A stretch of 46,328 nucleotides of DNA from Octopus sinensis (Eukaryota), in the NCBI RefSeq assembly GCF_006345805.1, contig NW_021834858.1, positions 1 to 46,328 on the forward strand, in the 5' to 3' direction. The notes below the pieces were generated by a model. The model was not told where the DNA came from. It saw nothing but the letters and a program-made list of their open reading frames with translations, and searched no databases. The position numbers were made by a program, and so were the translations under genes. How positions within the stretch are numbered: position 1 is the stretch's first letter; each line of letters begins with the position of its first letter. Positions 1 through 13,001 of the stretch are shown one piece after another.

Positions 1-58
1 GACGAAATATCGCTACGTATTTAGCTCGGCGAGCTAACGATTCTGCCAGCTCGCACCC
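1..58 (-). mobile_element. 5' head of tRNA-derived octopus SINE (OK/MetaSINE-type), cut by window edge
   Basis: Reverse complement reads GGTGCGAGCTGGCAGAATCGTTAGC...; same head as the copies at 26292, 26752 and 38481. Confidence 0.8.
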
Positions 59-414
59 TTGTGTAGGTGTGCGTGCGTGCGTGGTGTGTGTGTGTGTATT
101 ATATGTAATATACTTTGAACGCCAATTCACGCAAAAGTCCCAAGTGAAAGGTTTTTCTGGAATATTTGCGGTTTTAAACATTGGAGTAAGACTTCTTCAG
201 GCCTGCATTAAAGGTGCTCTCTTACCTTGAGCGTCCGCCAGGTTTTTTCGTTTTGGTTATATCGGAGGAAACAAAATGCAAATAAAAATAAAAATGTAAA
301 CACATTTGTACCAAAGTCGTGATGTCGAAAAGGCCACTAAAATGGCAAAATATTGGTATCCAACACTCCTCGATGGGACTGGGGCGAGTTGTTCTCACCT
401 GTCTATACTTTCAG

Positions 415-474
415 GTACTTTTAAAACCCAGTGCTATGAGGGAGTCGTCCCCACAGCGCGTTCCGCAGAAACCG
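415..474 (+). other. candidate 60-nt internal exon (unsupported by homology)
   Basis: CTCAC branch-like motif and ctttcAG acceptor at 413-414, CG|GTAAAC donor at 475, open frame GTFKTQCYEGVVPTARSAETG; no recognisable protein. Confidence 0.2.
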
Positions 475-818
475 GTAAACAAGTGAAGCGCATTCATTAA
501 TTACGTTCGTCGGTAATGTTTTCAAGACTGGCGCTGCTTTAATTCATAGTAAATTATATATAAGATAACGAGAGACAGATAGATAGATAGAGATAGAGAG
601 GGGGGGATATACACAAAAACACACACACATTTATATATTATATAATATATAATATATATATATATATATAATGGACAATCGCATTTGTGAACTTGACAAC
701 CGGTTGTCCTTTGTCAAGTTGTATATTCCAGGTAAGACAAGCACACAAAATTGAAAAGAAAACATTCTTCATGTACATTGTCAATGTTACATGTCTGTAT
801 GCACATGTGTGTGTGTGT

Positions 819-849
<31 letters not shown>

Positions 850-1062
850 GTACTTATCTGCGTATGTAGCCATATGTATTCCGTTTATACTTCCCCAGCC
901 ACAAGGTCAGAGCTATAAATAGTCAGTATATCAAAGGGAAAAGCTAAATATAGGACAATGACAAGTCTGTATGTGTGTGAGTCTGTGTGCACGCGAGCGT
1001 GTAGTATGTGTGTGTGAAATGTGTTTGTGAATTCATATGCTATATATATATATATATCTATG

Positions 1063-1098
<36 letters not shown>

Positions 1099-1297
1099 CA
1101 TAAGTGGTTAAGCAAAAGAAAGAGGTGCGCGACACATTTAGTAGGAGTTACATATATTAATATTTAAAATAGTTTGATTTTGGCTCTATGTGCGACTTAA
1201 TGTTTTTCACAGGCTTCCATCTTGCTAGAAACCTGCGAAACTTTACGTCGCATGGAGCCGAATCAAACTATTTTAATCAACAACAACAACAATAATG

Positions 1298-1345
<48 letters not shown>

Positions 1346-1375
1346 TAATAATAATAATAATAAATAATAATAATA

Positions 1376-1923
1376 GCCCTGATGATGTACGAAGAAGTGG
1401 CTTCCATGGCTTCTGATCTTAACTGATTGGAAGTGTTATCATCTACATTGTGTTGTCTTGGTATAAAAGATGGACTGCAGCAAATATTCTGCTCAGTACC
1501 ACATATTTGCTTGTCAGTTGCTTGACTTTAACCAGTTGTGCATTCCCTTAGCGGCTGACGATATGTGCATCTCTGATCACAAGCAGAAGTAGTGGGAGAG
1601 CATCATAGCCATGTGTTGAGAGGAATTGTTTGGGGTTTGGATAATTTACCTATAGAAACATGGGTTTTTTTTTTGTTCAACATCCCTAAACAACCCTTAT
1701 TTGGGGGACCTTTTGAGCGGGATGGGTTACTCGACCAGAAGAAAATTCTAAATGGGCCCCACCTGCAAGGTCATGCACTGTTTATCTTGATATGAGTTCA
1801 TTATGCCGCTCACGCATGGTTGTGATACCCTTATCAGACGGGTAGTCATGATGTGTATTCTGAGCTTCGTATATTTTACCCCCAGTGTCACTTTGATGGC
1901 ATGCACTGCTCTCTCATCTCACT
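1376..1923. mobile_element. ~550-bp non-coding interspersed element, copy 1, embedded in (AAT)n
   Basis: Aligns end to end with 2023-2585 and 2642-3153 (start GCCCTGATG, end GCACTGCTCTCTC); flanked by (AAT)n/(AAC)n; no TIRs. Confidence 0.8.
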
Positions 1924-2022
1924 AATAACAACAACACAACAACAACAACACAACAACACAACAACAATACAATTAATAATAATTAATATAATAATAATAA
2001 TAATAATAATATAATAATAAAT

Positions 2023-2585
2023 GCCCTGATGCAGTACCAGGCAGTGGCTCTCATGGCTTCTGATCTTAACTGATTGGAAGTGTTATCATGTGACATTGTT
2101 TTGTCTTGTATAAAAGATGGGCTACAGCAAATATTCTGCTCAATACCACAATTTGGCTTGTCAGTTGTTTGACCTTAACCAGTTGAGCATGTGTCCCTTA
2201 GTGGCTGACGATATGTGCATCTCTGATCACGAGCAGAAGTAAGTGGGGAGCATCATAGCCATGTGTTGAGAGGGATTCTTTGGGGGTTTGAATAATTCCA
2301 CCTCTGGAAACATGGGTGGTTTTTTTCAACATCCCTTAAACAACCCTATTACAGGGACCGTTGAGGCGGGATGGGCTACTCAACCTGAAGGAAATTCTAA
2401 CAAGGGCCCCACCTGCAAGGTCATGTGCTTTTATCTTGATATGAGATCACCCCATGTCGCGCCACAATATGGTTGTGATGCATTGCCTGGTGTACCCTTA
2501 TCAGACGGGTAGTCATGATGGGTATATTGGGCTTCGTATATTTTACCCCAGTGTCACTTTGATGGCATGAACTGCTCTCTCACTC
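2023..2585. mobile_element. ~560-bp non-coding interspersed element, copy 2
   Basis: Same termini as copies 1 and 3; (AAT)n on both sides. Confidence 0.85.
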
Positions 2586-2641
2586 AATAATAATAATAAT
2601 ACCTCTCTGATCACCTGCAGAAGTAGTGGGGGAGCATCAAT

Positions 2642-3153
2642 GCCCTGATGCAGTACCAGACAGTGGTTCTCGTGGCTTCTGATCTTAACTGATTGGAAGA
2701 GTTATCATATATTTGTTTTGTCTTGGTATAAAAGATGGGCTACAACAAATATTCCGCTGAATAGCACAGATTTGTTTGTCAATTGTTTGACCTTAACCAG
2801 TTGACCATGTCTTTTGGTGGCTGACGATATGTGCATCTTTGATTACGAGCAGAAGTAGCTGGGGAGCATCATAACTATGTATTGAAAGGAATTCTTTGGG
2901 GTTTGGATAATTCATCTCTGGAAACATGGGTGTTTCGTTTATCATCAATAAACAATCCTTATAGAGGGACCTTATGACTGAGACCCATCTACAAGGTCAT
3001 GCATTGTTTATCTTGATATGGGATCACCATGTCGCGCACATTTGGTTGTGTTACGTTGCCTGATGCACCCTTGTCACACGGGTTGTCATGATAGGTATAC
3101 AGGGCTTCGAATATTTTAACTCAGTGCCACTTTCATGGCATACACTGCGCTCT
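2642..3153. mobile_element. ~510-bp element, copy 3 (more diverged), preceded by a 36-bp internal fragment (2604-2639)
   Basis: Homologous to copies 1 and 2 with an internal deletion; followed by TAATAATAA then (TTA)n. Confidence 0.8.
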
Positions 3154-3219
3154 AATTTAATAATAAATATATTATTATTATTATTGTTATTATCATTATT
3201 TTTATTATTATTATTATTA

Positions 3220-3252
<33 letters not shown>

Positions 3253-3277
3253 CATCATCATCATCATCATTATTATC

Positions 3278-3345
3278 GGTGAGCTGGCAGAGTCGTTAGC
3301 ACGCCGGGTGAAATGCTTAGCGCTATTTTGTCTGCCTCTACGTTT
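3278..3345 (+). mobile_element. truncated OK/MetaSINE-type head
   Basis: GGTGAGCTGGCAGAGTCGTTAGCACGCCGGGTGAAATGC; the same truncation junction recurs at ~4354-4408 (-) and ~5700-5753 (+). Confidence 0.75.
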
Positions 3346-3462
3346 AAATCATAATGATTATTATTATCATTATTATTATTATTATCATCATTATTATTAT
3401 TTAACTATATACATATATATAATATATATATGTTTGGTGTGTGTGGGGTGGTGTGGTTGTGT

Positions 3463-3499
<37 letters not shown>

Positions 3500-3577
3500 G
3501 TCCCGGGTTGAGTCGGGGTTAACCACAGTAAATAAGGTACTCAATACATAGCAGTAAATTAATTTATTTTATAGAAG

Positions 3578-3631
3578 GAGCTTCTACAGGACTAGAACTG
3601 TTTTCATTCAAAAGAAATCAGCAGGAAGCTC
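3578..3631 (-). ncRNA. type I hammerhead ribozyme motif, mirror copy (core CUGCUGA)
   Basis: Reverse complement: GAGCUUC CUGCUGA UUUC UUUU GAAU GAAAA CAG..CUG UA GAAGCUC; A6C change and an extra A suggest decay. Confidence 0.5.
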
Positions 3632-3641
3632 ATGAGCTCAT

Positions 3642-3694
3642 GAGCTTTCTGATGATTTCTTTTGAATGAAACAGTTCTAGTCCTGTAGAAGCTC
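3642..3694 (+). ncRNA. type I hammerhead ribozyme motif
   Basis: GAGCUUU-CUGAUGA-U UUC UUUU GAA U-GAAA-CAG uucuaguc CUG-UA-GAAGCUC; 7-bp stem I, GUA cleavage triplet; 10.1-11.1 pair is U.U rather than G-C. Confidence 0.7.
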
Positions 3695-3808
3695 CGTTCT
3701 ATAAAATAAATATATATATATATATATATATTACATACATACATACGTACATATATATATACACATCCATCCAATATATATACATACATATATATATATA
3801 CATAATTA

Positions 3809-4309
3809 ATTGTTATCGCCATATTAATATGGTATTCTTATAGATATAAGAATAATCGCTGCCGCTGGTCACTCCATGAGGCCACCGCCATCAAGATAGC
3901 TATTGATCAACGATCTGTATCCATTATAACCTTCGAACAAGGGAGGTCAGCCGCTTCACAACTGCCAGTCCGACAGCTACAGACGCGTTTCGGGGTATTG
4001 CCCCTTGTCAATGTAGCGCAGTCAGACCCGCAGGTGTCGCCACTGACGTCTCTGTTCGAAGGTTTCTATTTACCTAGTTTCAGTGGAATACATCCACTTG
4101 TTTTCAATAATAGAAATATTAAAATTATACTAAGTCTCTATAAAAGATTACGGCAGCAGCGTTTACTGGAAATTCATTGTTATCGCCATATTAATATGGC
4201 ATTCTTATAGATATAAGAATAATCGCTGCCGCTGGTCAGCTCCATGAGGCCACCGCCATCAAGATAGCTATTGATACACGATCTGTATCCATTATAACCT
4301 TCGAACAAG
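3809..4309 (-). mobile_element. retrozyme/pLTR-like non-autonomous element, 367-bp monomer (about 1.4 copies)
   Basis: 133-bp direct repeats 3809-3941 and 4176-4309 bracket a minus-strand HHR; no convincing coding sequence; flanked by microsatellites. Confidence 0.7.
3969..4026 (-). ncRNA. minimal type I hammerhead ribozyme, U3-A8 variant
   Basis: Reverse complement: UCUGAC ugc GCUACA-UUGACAA-GGGG caaua CCCC-GAAA-CGCG-UC-UGUAGC u GUCGGA; palindromic stem III, GUC site, extended stem I with internal loop. Confidence 0.85.
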
Positions 4310-4832
4310 TTAAATAATAATAATGATAATAATAATAATGATAATAATAATCATTATGATTTAAACGTAGCGGCAGACAAAATACCGCTAAGCATTTCAC
4401 CCGGCGTGAAATATATATATATACTTGTATGTGTATGTATGTATGTATGTATATGTATGTATGTTATAGTATGTATGTATATATATGTATGTATGTATAT
4501 TATATATAATATATAATATATATATATATGTATGTATATATATATATATATATGTATGTTATATATATAATATATGTATGTATATATAAATATGTATATA
4601 TATATATATATATGTATGTATATATATATATATATTATATATATAATATATATATACATACATACGTACATAATATATATATATATAGATAATATATACA
4701 CATACATACATATATACATACATCTATATATACATACATATATATATATGTATATATATACATACATATATATATGTAAATATATACATACATATATATA
4801 TATATACATACATATATACATACATACATACA

Positions 4833-5151
4833 TTCAAAGACTCCGCGTTACGACGACGAGGGTCCCAGCTGATACGATCAACGGAACAGCTTGCTCGTGA
4901 AATTACGTGCAAATGGCTGAGCATTCCACACACCGTGTACCCTTAACGTAGTTCTCGGGGATAATCAGCGTGACACAGAGAGTGACAAGGCTGACCCTTT
5001 GAATACAAGTACAACTCAATTTTGCCAGCTGAGTGGACTGGAGCAACGTGAAATAAATGTCTTGCTCAAGACACAACGCGGTCGCCGGGAATCGAACTCA
5101 CACCTTACGATCATAGCCGAATGCCCTAACCACTAAGCCACGCGCCCTCAC
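4833..5151 (-). mobile_element. full-length tRNA-derived SINE (OR/V-type)
   Basis: Reverse-complement head GTGAGGGCGCGTGGCTTAGTGGTTAGGGC...GTTCGATTCCCGGC (A and B boxes); central TGTCTTGAGCAAGAC...CCAGTCCACTCAGCTG; flanked by (TACA)n. Confidence 0.85.
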
Positions 5152-5432
5152 ACATACATACATATATATATATATACATACATACATATATCATACATAC
5201 TATATATACACATACATATATATATACATACTATATATACATATAATATATAAATACATACATATATCTATATACAATATATCTTATATACTATATACAT
5301 GTACATAATATATATACATACATACATATATCATACATACATACATACATACATATACATACATATATATATTTATACATATTTATATATACATACATCA
5401 TATATAAATATATCATACATACATACACATAT

Positions 5433-5473
<41 letters not shown>

Positions 5474-5479
5474 CATATA

Positions 5480-5520
<41 letters not shown>

Positions 5521-5818
5521 ACATACATATATATATATACATACCAGGTGGTGCTATTAAGTTAGACATGGCCTGGGCCAATAATGGCCGAAATCTATCA
5601 AAGTATCAAAGTATCAAAGTATATATACATACATACATATATATACATACATATATACATTCATACATACATACACATACAAGTATATATATATATTTCA
5701 CGCCGGGTGAAATGCTTAGCGGTATTTTGTCTGAAGCTACGTTTAAATCATAATGATTATTATTATCATGTATATATTATTTAACTAATACATATATATA
5801 TCTATATATATATATTAG

Positions 5819-5851
<33 letters not shown>

Positions 5852-5893
5852 ATATATATACATACAGACGTACATATATATATATACACATCC

Positions 5894-5924
<31 letters not shown>

Positions 5925-6337
5925 CTACATAATATATATATATTATACATACAGTATATATACTACATATATATATACATACATATATATATACATACAT
6001 GTATATATACATGCATATATATATATGTATAATATATACACATACATATATATATGTAAATATATACATACATATATATATTATATATATATATACATAC
6101 ATAATATCATACATACATACATACTATATACATATACATACATATATTATATATACATACATATATATATATACATATATATATATATAAATACATACAT
6201 ATATATATATACATATATCTATATATAACATATATATACATACATACATACATCATATATACATACATACATATATACATACATACATATATACATACAT
6301 ACATATATAATATACATACATATTATATATATATATA

Positions 6338-6375
<38 letters not shown>

Positions 6376-6453
6376 TATATACATACATATATATATATTA
6401 TATATAATACATATTTATATATACATACATATAATATATACATACATACATAT

Positions 6454-6493
<40 letters not shown>

Positions 6494-6516
6494 CTATATA
6501 TATATATACATACATA

Positions 6517-6552
<36 letters not shown>

Positions 6553-6662
6553 CATCACACATACACTACTATATATAGATATATATATATATCATACATA
6601 CATACATCATACACATACATACATATATACATGCATATATATATATACAGATATACATAATA

Positions 6663-6700
<38 letters not shown>

Positions 6701-6740
6701 TATATATATATAGATATATATATATATAGATATACATACA
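5152..6740. repeat. compound (TA)n/(TACA)n low-complexity tract with small embedded fragments
   Basis: Direct inspection. Confidence 0.95.
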
Positions 6741-6880
6741 TAATCAACTCGAATGCCTGAGGAGCTCGGTTCGTTCTACGAACCTACGAAATTTATGTTC
6801 TATGGAGCTGAGTCAAAATTTTTCAAATAATACAAGAAATTCCTACCAAATGTGCTGAGTGCCACCTTATTTTATTATTT

Positions 6881-6924
<44 letters not shown>

Positions 6925-6931
<7 letters not shown>

Positions 6932-7065
6932 CACACATACACTGGCGTAACAAATTATACAGGTCATATTTGTAATACACTCAACTTTTATACGTATATA
7001 TTGTGTGCGTGTATATATATATTATGTATAGATAGATAGATATAGATATACATTTATATATATAT

Positions 7066-7105
<40 letters not shown>

Positions 7106-7284
7106 TATATATATATAAATACATACATATGTATTTATGTATATATGTATATATCTCCATAAATACATACATATGTATTTATATATATATATATATACAC
7201 ATACACACATACACTGGCGTAACAAATTATACAGGTCATATTTGTAATACACTCAACTTTTATACGTATATATTTGTGTGCGTG
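6925..7284. repeat. ~272-bp tandem duplication containing a CACTGGCGTAACAAA transposon-end-like motif
   Basis: Near-identical ~85-bp unique segment at 6925-7011 and 7197-7284. Confidence 0.8.
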
Positions 7285-7403
7285 TATATATATATATATA
7301 TGTATAGATAGATAGATATAGATATACATTTATATATATATATATATTATATATATATATATATAAATACATACATATGTATTTATATATATATATACAT
7401 ACA

Positions 7404-7441
<38 letters not shown>

Positions 7442-7760
7442 CATACATATGTATTTATATATATATATATATACACACATACACATCAATACATACATGT
7501 ATCTATATATATAATTGTATATATATATATATATATTTATATGTATATATTTATATACACATATACATACACATATATATATATATATACATATATATAA
7601 ATATATATTTATACATGCGCATACGAACAGTTACACATATATCTGTCTACCAGGTGCATAATTTTAAGATAAGGGCCTCGTTTTCTTTTTTAGAAACCGG
7701 CTCTTTATCGATTACTGCGAAATTTTATAAGTATACCAAAGAAAACATTCATATTTATGT

Positions 7761-7797
<37 letters not shown>

Positions 7798-8206
7798 CAT
7801 GCATATATATATGTCTGGCTTTTTTCAATTGTCGATCATGTTCGTCATAGGTATATGGTTTTAGGTTTTTTATTCATTTGCCCGTTTTCACCTTTGTGTT
7901 GAAGTGAAAATTTGTGGTTTAGGCATTTTGACTGTTATATTTAGCATACCGATTCTATTCGTTAGTACCCTTAATTATTAATTGATAATTTTTTATCGTT
8001 ATGGAATATTTTTTCGCATGCTAAGCCACTGATATTATTATAAGCAATAATATCGTCATATATATTTATATTTATATATACAGAACATGATGGTTTAGTT
8101 CAATGGTAATCTAAACGAATAGGTACGCTGTAACGGATTATTAGGGTTCCAAACTCGTAACTGAGCTATGGATCCATTTTAGGTTTCAGATCTAGCAGAT
8201 ATACTC

Positions 8207-8325
8207 TTGTGAAAGAGGACAACAAACGCTGAAACATAGGAAGCATCTCGAGTCATACACATTATTTTATACTATTCTTAAATTAGTTGAGTTCTTAACT
8301 CGGTGTCTGTTGTCCTGATTCACAA
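8207..8325. mobile_element. MITE-like element with ~26-bp imperfect terminal inverted repeats
   Basis: TTGTGAAAGAGGACAACAAACGCTGA versus reverse complement of right end TTGTGAATCAGGACAACAGACACCGA. Confidence 0.55.
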
Positions 8326-8910
8326 ATATATATATATATATATAAGTACAAAGTGAGATTGGGGTTATGAGTGTAACCCACTATGGGATATCAGTTATCC
8401 AATATACTGCTGGGTATTATCTTACTTATTGATGTATATTGTTTTATTCTGTTGGATTTGGATGTTCCTATTTATGTAGTTAATAAATAATATGAATTGG
8501 TAATATACGTAAGTCGATGATTGAAATGAACCTGTTCCTCCATTTTCTTATTTGTATTATGTATATATAATGCACACACGTATATTTGCATGTATACTTA
8601 TATCAATACATGCAATAATGCATAAAAATGTGTATACCTGTCTATATATCTACACAAATACATATGCACATACACACACACATACACAGCTACAGTTGTC
8701 TAAATGTAACATGAGCTTATTTTAACATTGTAGGGAATATTATATCTAATCATAGGTATTGAATTTGCGCTGTCGGACTTATGCACTTCTAAATGTGCAT
8801 ATGTACAAACGAGAATATATGTTTAGGTATATGCTTGCGTGGGAATGTATGTATACATGTGTCGATTTGTTTACACAACAAACTATAGATTCTCTCTCTA
8901 CTTCTATAAT

Positions 8911-8941
<31 letters not shown>

Positions 8942-9074
8942 AATGCACATAAATATACGTATACACGTGTTCACATGCACACAGGTATGCACAAACACAC
9001 ATATATATACACTTAGATATATACATATATATAGATGCAGCCGCACATATAAATACATCCATATATGTATGTAT

Positions 9075-10934
<1,860 letters not shown>

Positions 10935-10936
10935 CA

Positions 10937-10967
<31 letters not shown>

Positions 10968-11079
10968 GAAAATAGTAAAAAGTGAAAAAACTACAGAAGG
11001 CTTGTTTTAAAAGGTTAAAAAATATATTTGAGTCATTATGTTGGAAGAATGTTATAAAATTTATTCATACAGTGACATA

Positions 11080-11130
11080 GTTTTTGAAGAAATTACTGGT
11101 TTCGTGTTAACTTTTCAAATTTCTCAAAAC
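11080..11130 (-). ncRNA. minimal hammerhead ribozyme in Penelope 3' pLTR, U3-A8 variant
   Basis: Reverse complement: UUUUGA GAAAU-UUGAAAA-GU uaac AC-GAAA-CCAG-UA-AUUUC u UCAAAA; same strand as the ORF, about 115 nt past the stop. Confidence 0.75.
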
Positions 11131-11245
11131 ATCGTGTTATGTCTTCGTTATGAAGTGTAAAGAAGTGTTCCAGGTAAGGGGAGGTAATAAGTGATTTCTT
11201 CCGGTGTAAGGGAGATAATCGCGTTATATTTCTTGTCCCTTTTAT

Positions 11246-12345
11246 TTAATGGGGTGAGTTTCTCTGTATAAGAATGTTAGAGTGGTTAAGTTTGGGCTTA
11301 TATTTTTCAATGAAGAATGTTTCCTTGTTTAATCTAATTTGTGTTGGTGTTCCAATAGCACATTGATAAAATGGAAAGATTAAAAATTGTGGTAGTAGTT
11401 GCTTTGCGCATTTCTCAATATGCTCACTAAAGAGTATCATTCTATATTCTGGGAATGCAATCTGTTGTCGATGAAGTGTGCATCTACGTCTGAGTGATAG
11501 TCCCGTGGATCTCACGTAGTTTTGGTGGCAGCCCGAGCATCTTATGACATAAATTATGTTTTCAGAAGCACAAGTAAAATTAGATTTGATCTTGAATTTT
11601 TGTCCCTCTTTGAAGAGGAATTCTGATCCTTCTAGAAGGTTTGGGCATGTTGCGCAGTTTGGTCTACCACATTTTTTTACTTTTGCATCCGTAATTTCAG
11701 AAAACAATTTTGCCTTTGTGAGAATCTTTTTAAGTGATTTAGGTTGTTTGTAGCTTTTAATGATTTTATGTATGTTTAGAATTTCCTTTAATTTGGGGTC
11801 CTTATGAAGTATCGGTAAATTCTGGGTGATGATGGTGAAGGCTTCTTTGTTTCTGGGGTTGTATGTGGAAATGTAAGGCAGTATTTTCGGGGAAGGTGTG
11901 TTGTTGTGTTGGACTTTTCTCAAAGTTTCTATGTCGATTTCTGTTGCACGTCTGATCCCATCCTGTATGAGTTGAGCTGGGTAGTGTCTGTCAATTAGGG
12001 TGTTTTTGAGTTCTTGTAGTCTAAAGTTCCTGGTATTTTGTTCTGACACTATTGTGCATATCCTTCTTGCAAGGTTGAAAGGGATGTTTGTTTTAGTGTG
12101 TCTTGGGTGGCATGAATCAAAAAGTAGGTATTGTTTAGCGTCTGTGGCTTTGTAAAAAATGTCTGTTTCTATTTTAAGGCTAATTTTTTTAATTAGTATA
12201 TCTAAGAATGGAAGCTCCTTTTGGTTGTATTCCATTGTGAACTGTATATTTGGGTTGATGCTGTTCAATAGGTTTTTGAATTTTAGGAGTTTATCTGTGT
12301 TTTCATTCCAGAGTATAAAACAATCGTCCAGGAATCGTTTCCAAA
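11246..12345 (-). pseudogene. Penelope RT (C-terminal part) + GIY-YIG endonuclease
   Basis: WKRFLDDCFILW (RT catalytic motif, in frame upstream of the track ORF), PFLD, SCHPRH, KCGRPNCATC linker, IIYVIRCSGCHQNYVRSTG.SLRRR (YVG to YVR). Confidence 0.9.
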
Positions 12346-12375
12346 TATATATATATATATATATATAATATATAT

Positions 12376-12414
<39 letters not shown>

Positions 12415-12591
12415 CTATATATATATATATATGTATGTATGTATTTATGTATATATTTAATTAGAGGATATATTAACCTCGTAAAGGGATGATTACATCC
12501 AAGGAAATACTAGTTCAATACCTAGTATTCTTGGGGAATGAAATACCCCTAAAACAATGGGTATATATTAAGCATATAGTTTATTTCCAGT

Positions 12592-12720
12592 TACAATAAT
12601 TCCTCGCCATATCGCGGTTCACTTATCTCAGTTTATTATTTAAGCTTACGTCGATTCCTCTGCGGTGTTGTTTTGCATTTATAATAAAATAAATATATAC
12701 AAATTATAAAAATAATATTA
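12592..12720 (+). mobile_element. Tigger/pogo-like MITE left-end fragment
   Basis: TA-CAATAATTCCTCGCCATATCGCGG resembles CAGTAATCCCTCG pogo-type TIRs; no partner TIR found. Confidence 0.45.
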
Positions 12721-13001
12721 TAGAAAATCGCAAGCGTGGCAGTGTGGTAGCTTGCTTACCTCTGTCGTGGATAGACGTGTGTTCTTTTGGCGGTGAGTCA
12801 AACGTTTTGTTGAAAGTTGGATAATTTTTCTATTGGAATTGTTATTTATTGTTGAATATTTTCGAACTGTTGAACATTGTAGAACTTTGAAAATTTTTGT
12901 GCTTTTTCAACGGTGATGGAAGAAAGTAATTGTTGAAATATTGAAATTATTAATAATATTAATATTGAACTTATTAATATTATTAATATTGAACTTATTA
13001 A

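Larger units (their letters stand above)
3562..3711. repeat. ~150-bp spacerless palindrome (inverted Penelope pLTR-like ends)
   Basis: Arms are near-perfect reverse complements centred on CATGAG|CTCATG (3636/3637). Confidence 0.9.
10967..12345 (-). mobile_element. 5'-truncated Penelope-like element (probably Neptune-type)
   Basis: RT C-terminus, Cys-rich linker, GIY-YIG domain and 3' HHR; both ends abut (AT)n. Confidence 0.92.

Noticed and set aside
1376-1401. GCC-CTGATGA-TGTAC-GAAG..GGC at the start of 560-bp element copy 1 as a hammerhead
   Set aside because: No GAAA or stem III, and the other two copies read CTGATGCAGTACCAG; chance match.
5080-5151. tRNA gene
   Set aside because: The A and B boxes belong to a SINE head that continues into a SINE body; no complete cloverleaf.
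8078-8132. HHR-like CATGATG-GTTTAG...CTAAAC-GAAT
   Set aside because: Stem II pairs, but both core boxes are wrong and there is no stem III.
12485-12550. Hairpin flanked by ATGATTA and GAAA as a hammerhead
   Set aside because: Two core mismatches, 3-bp stem I and no stem III.
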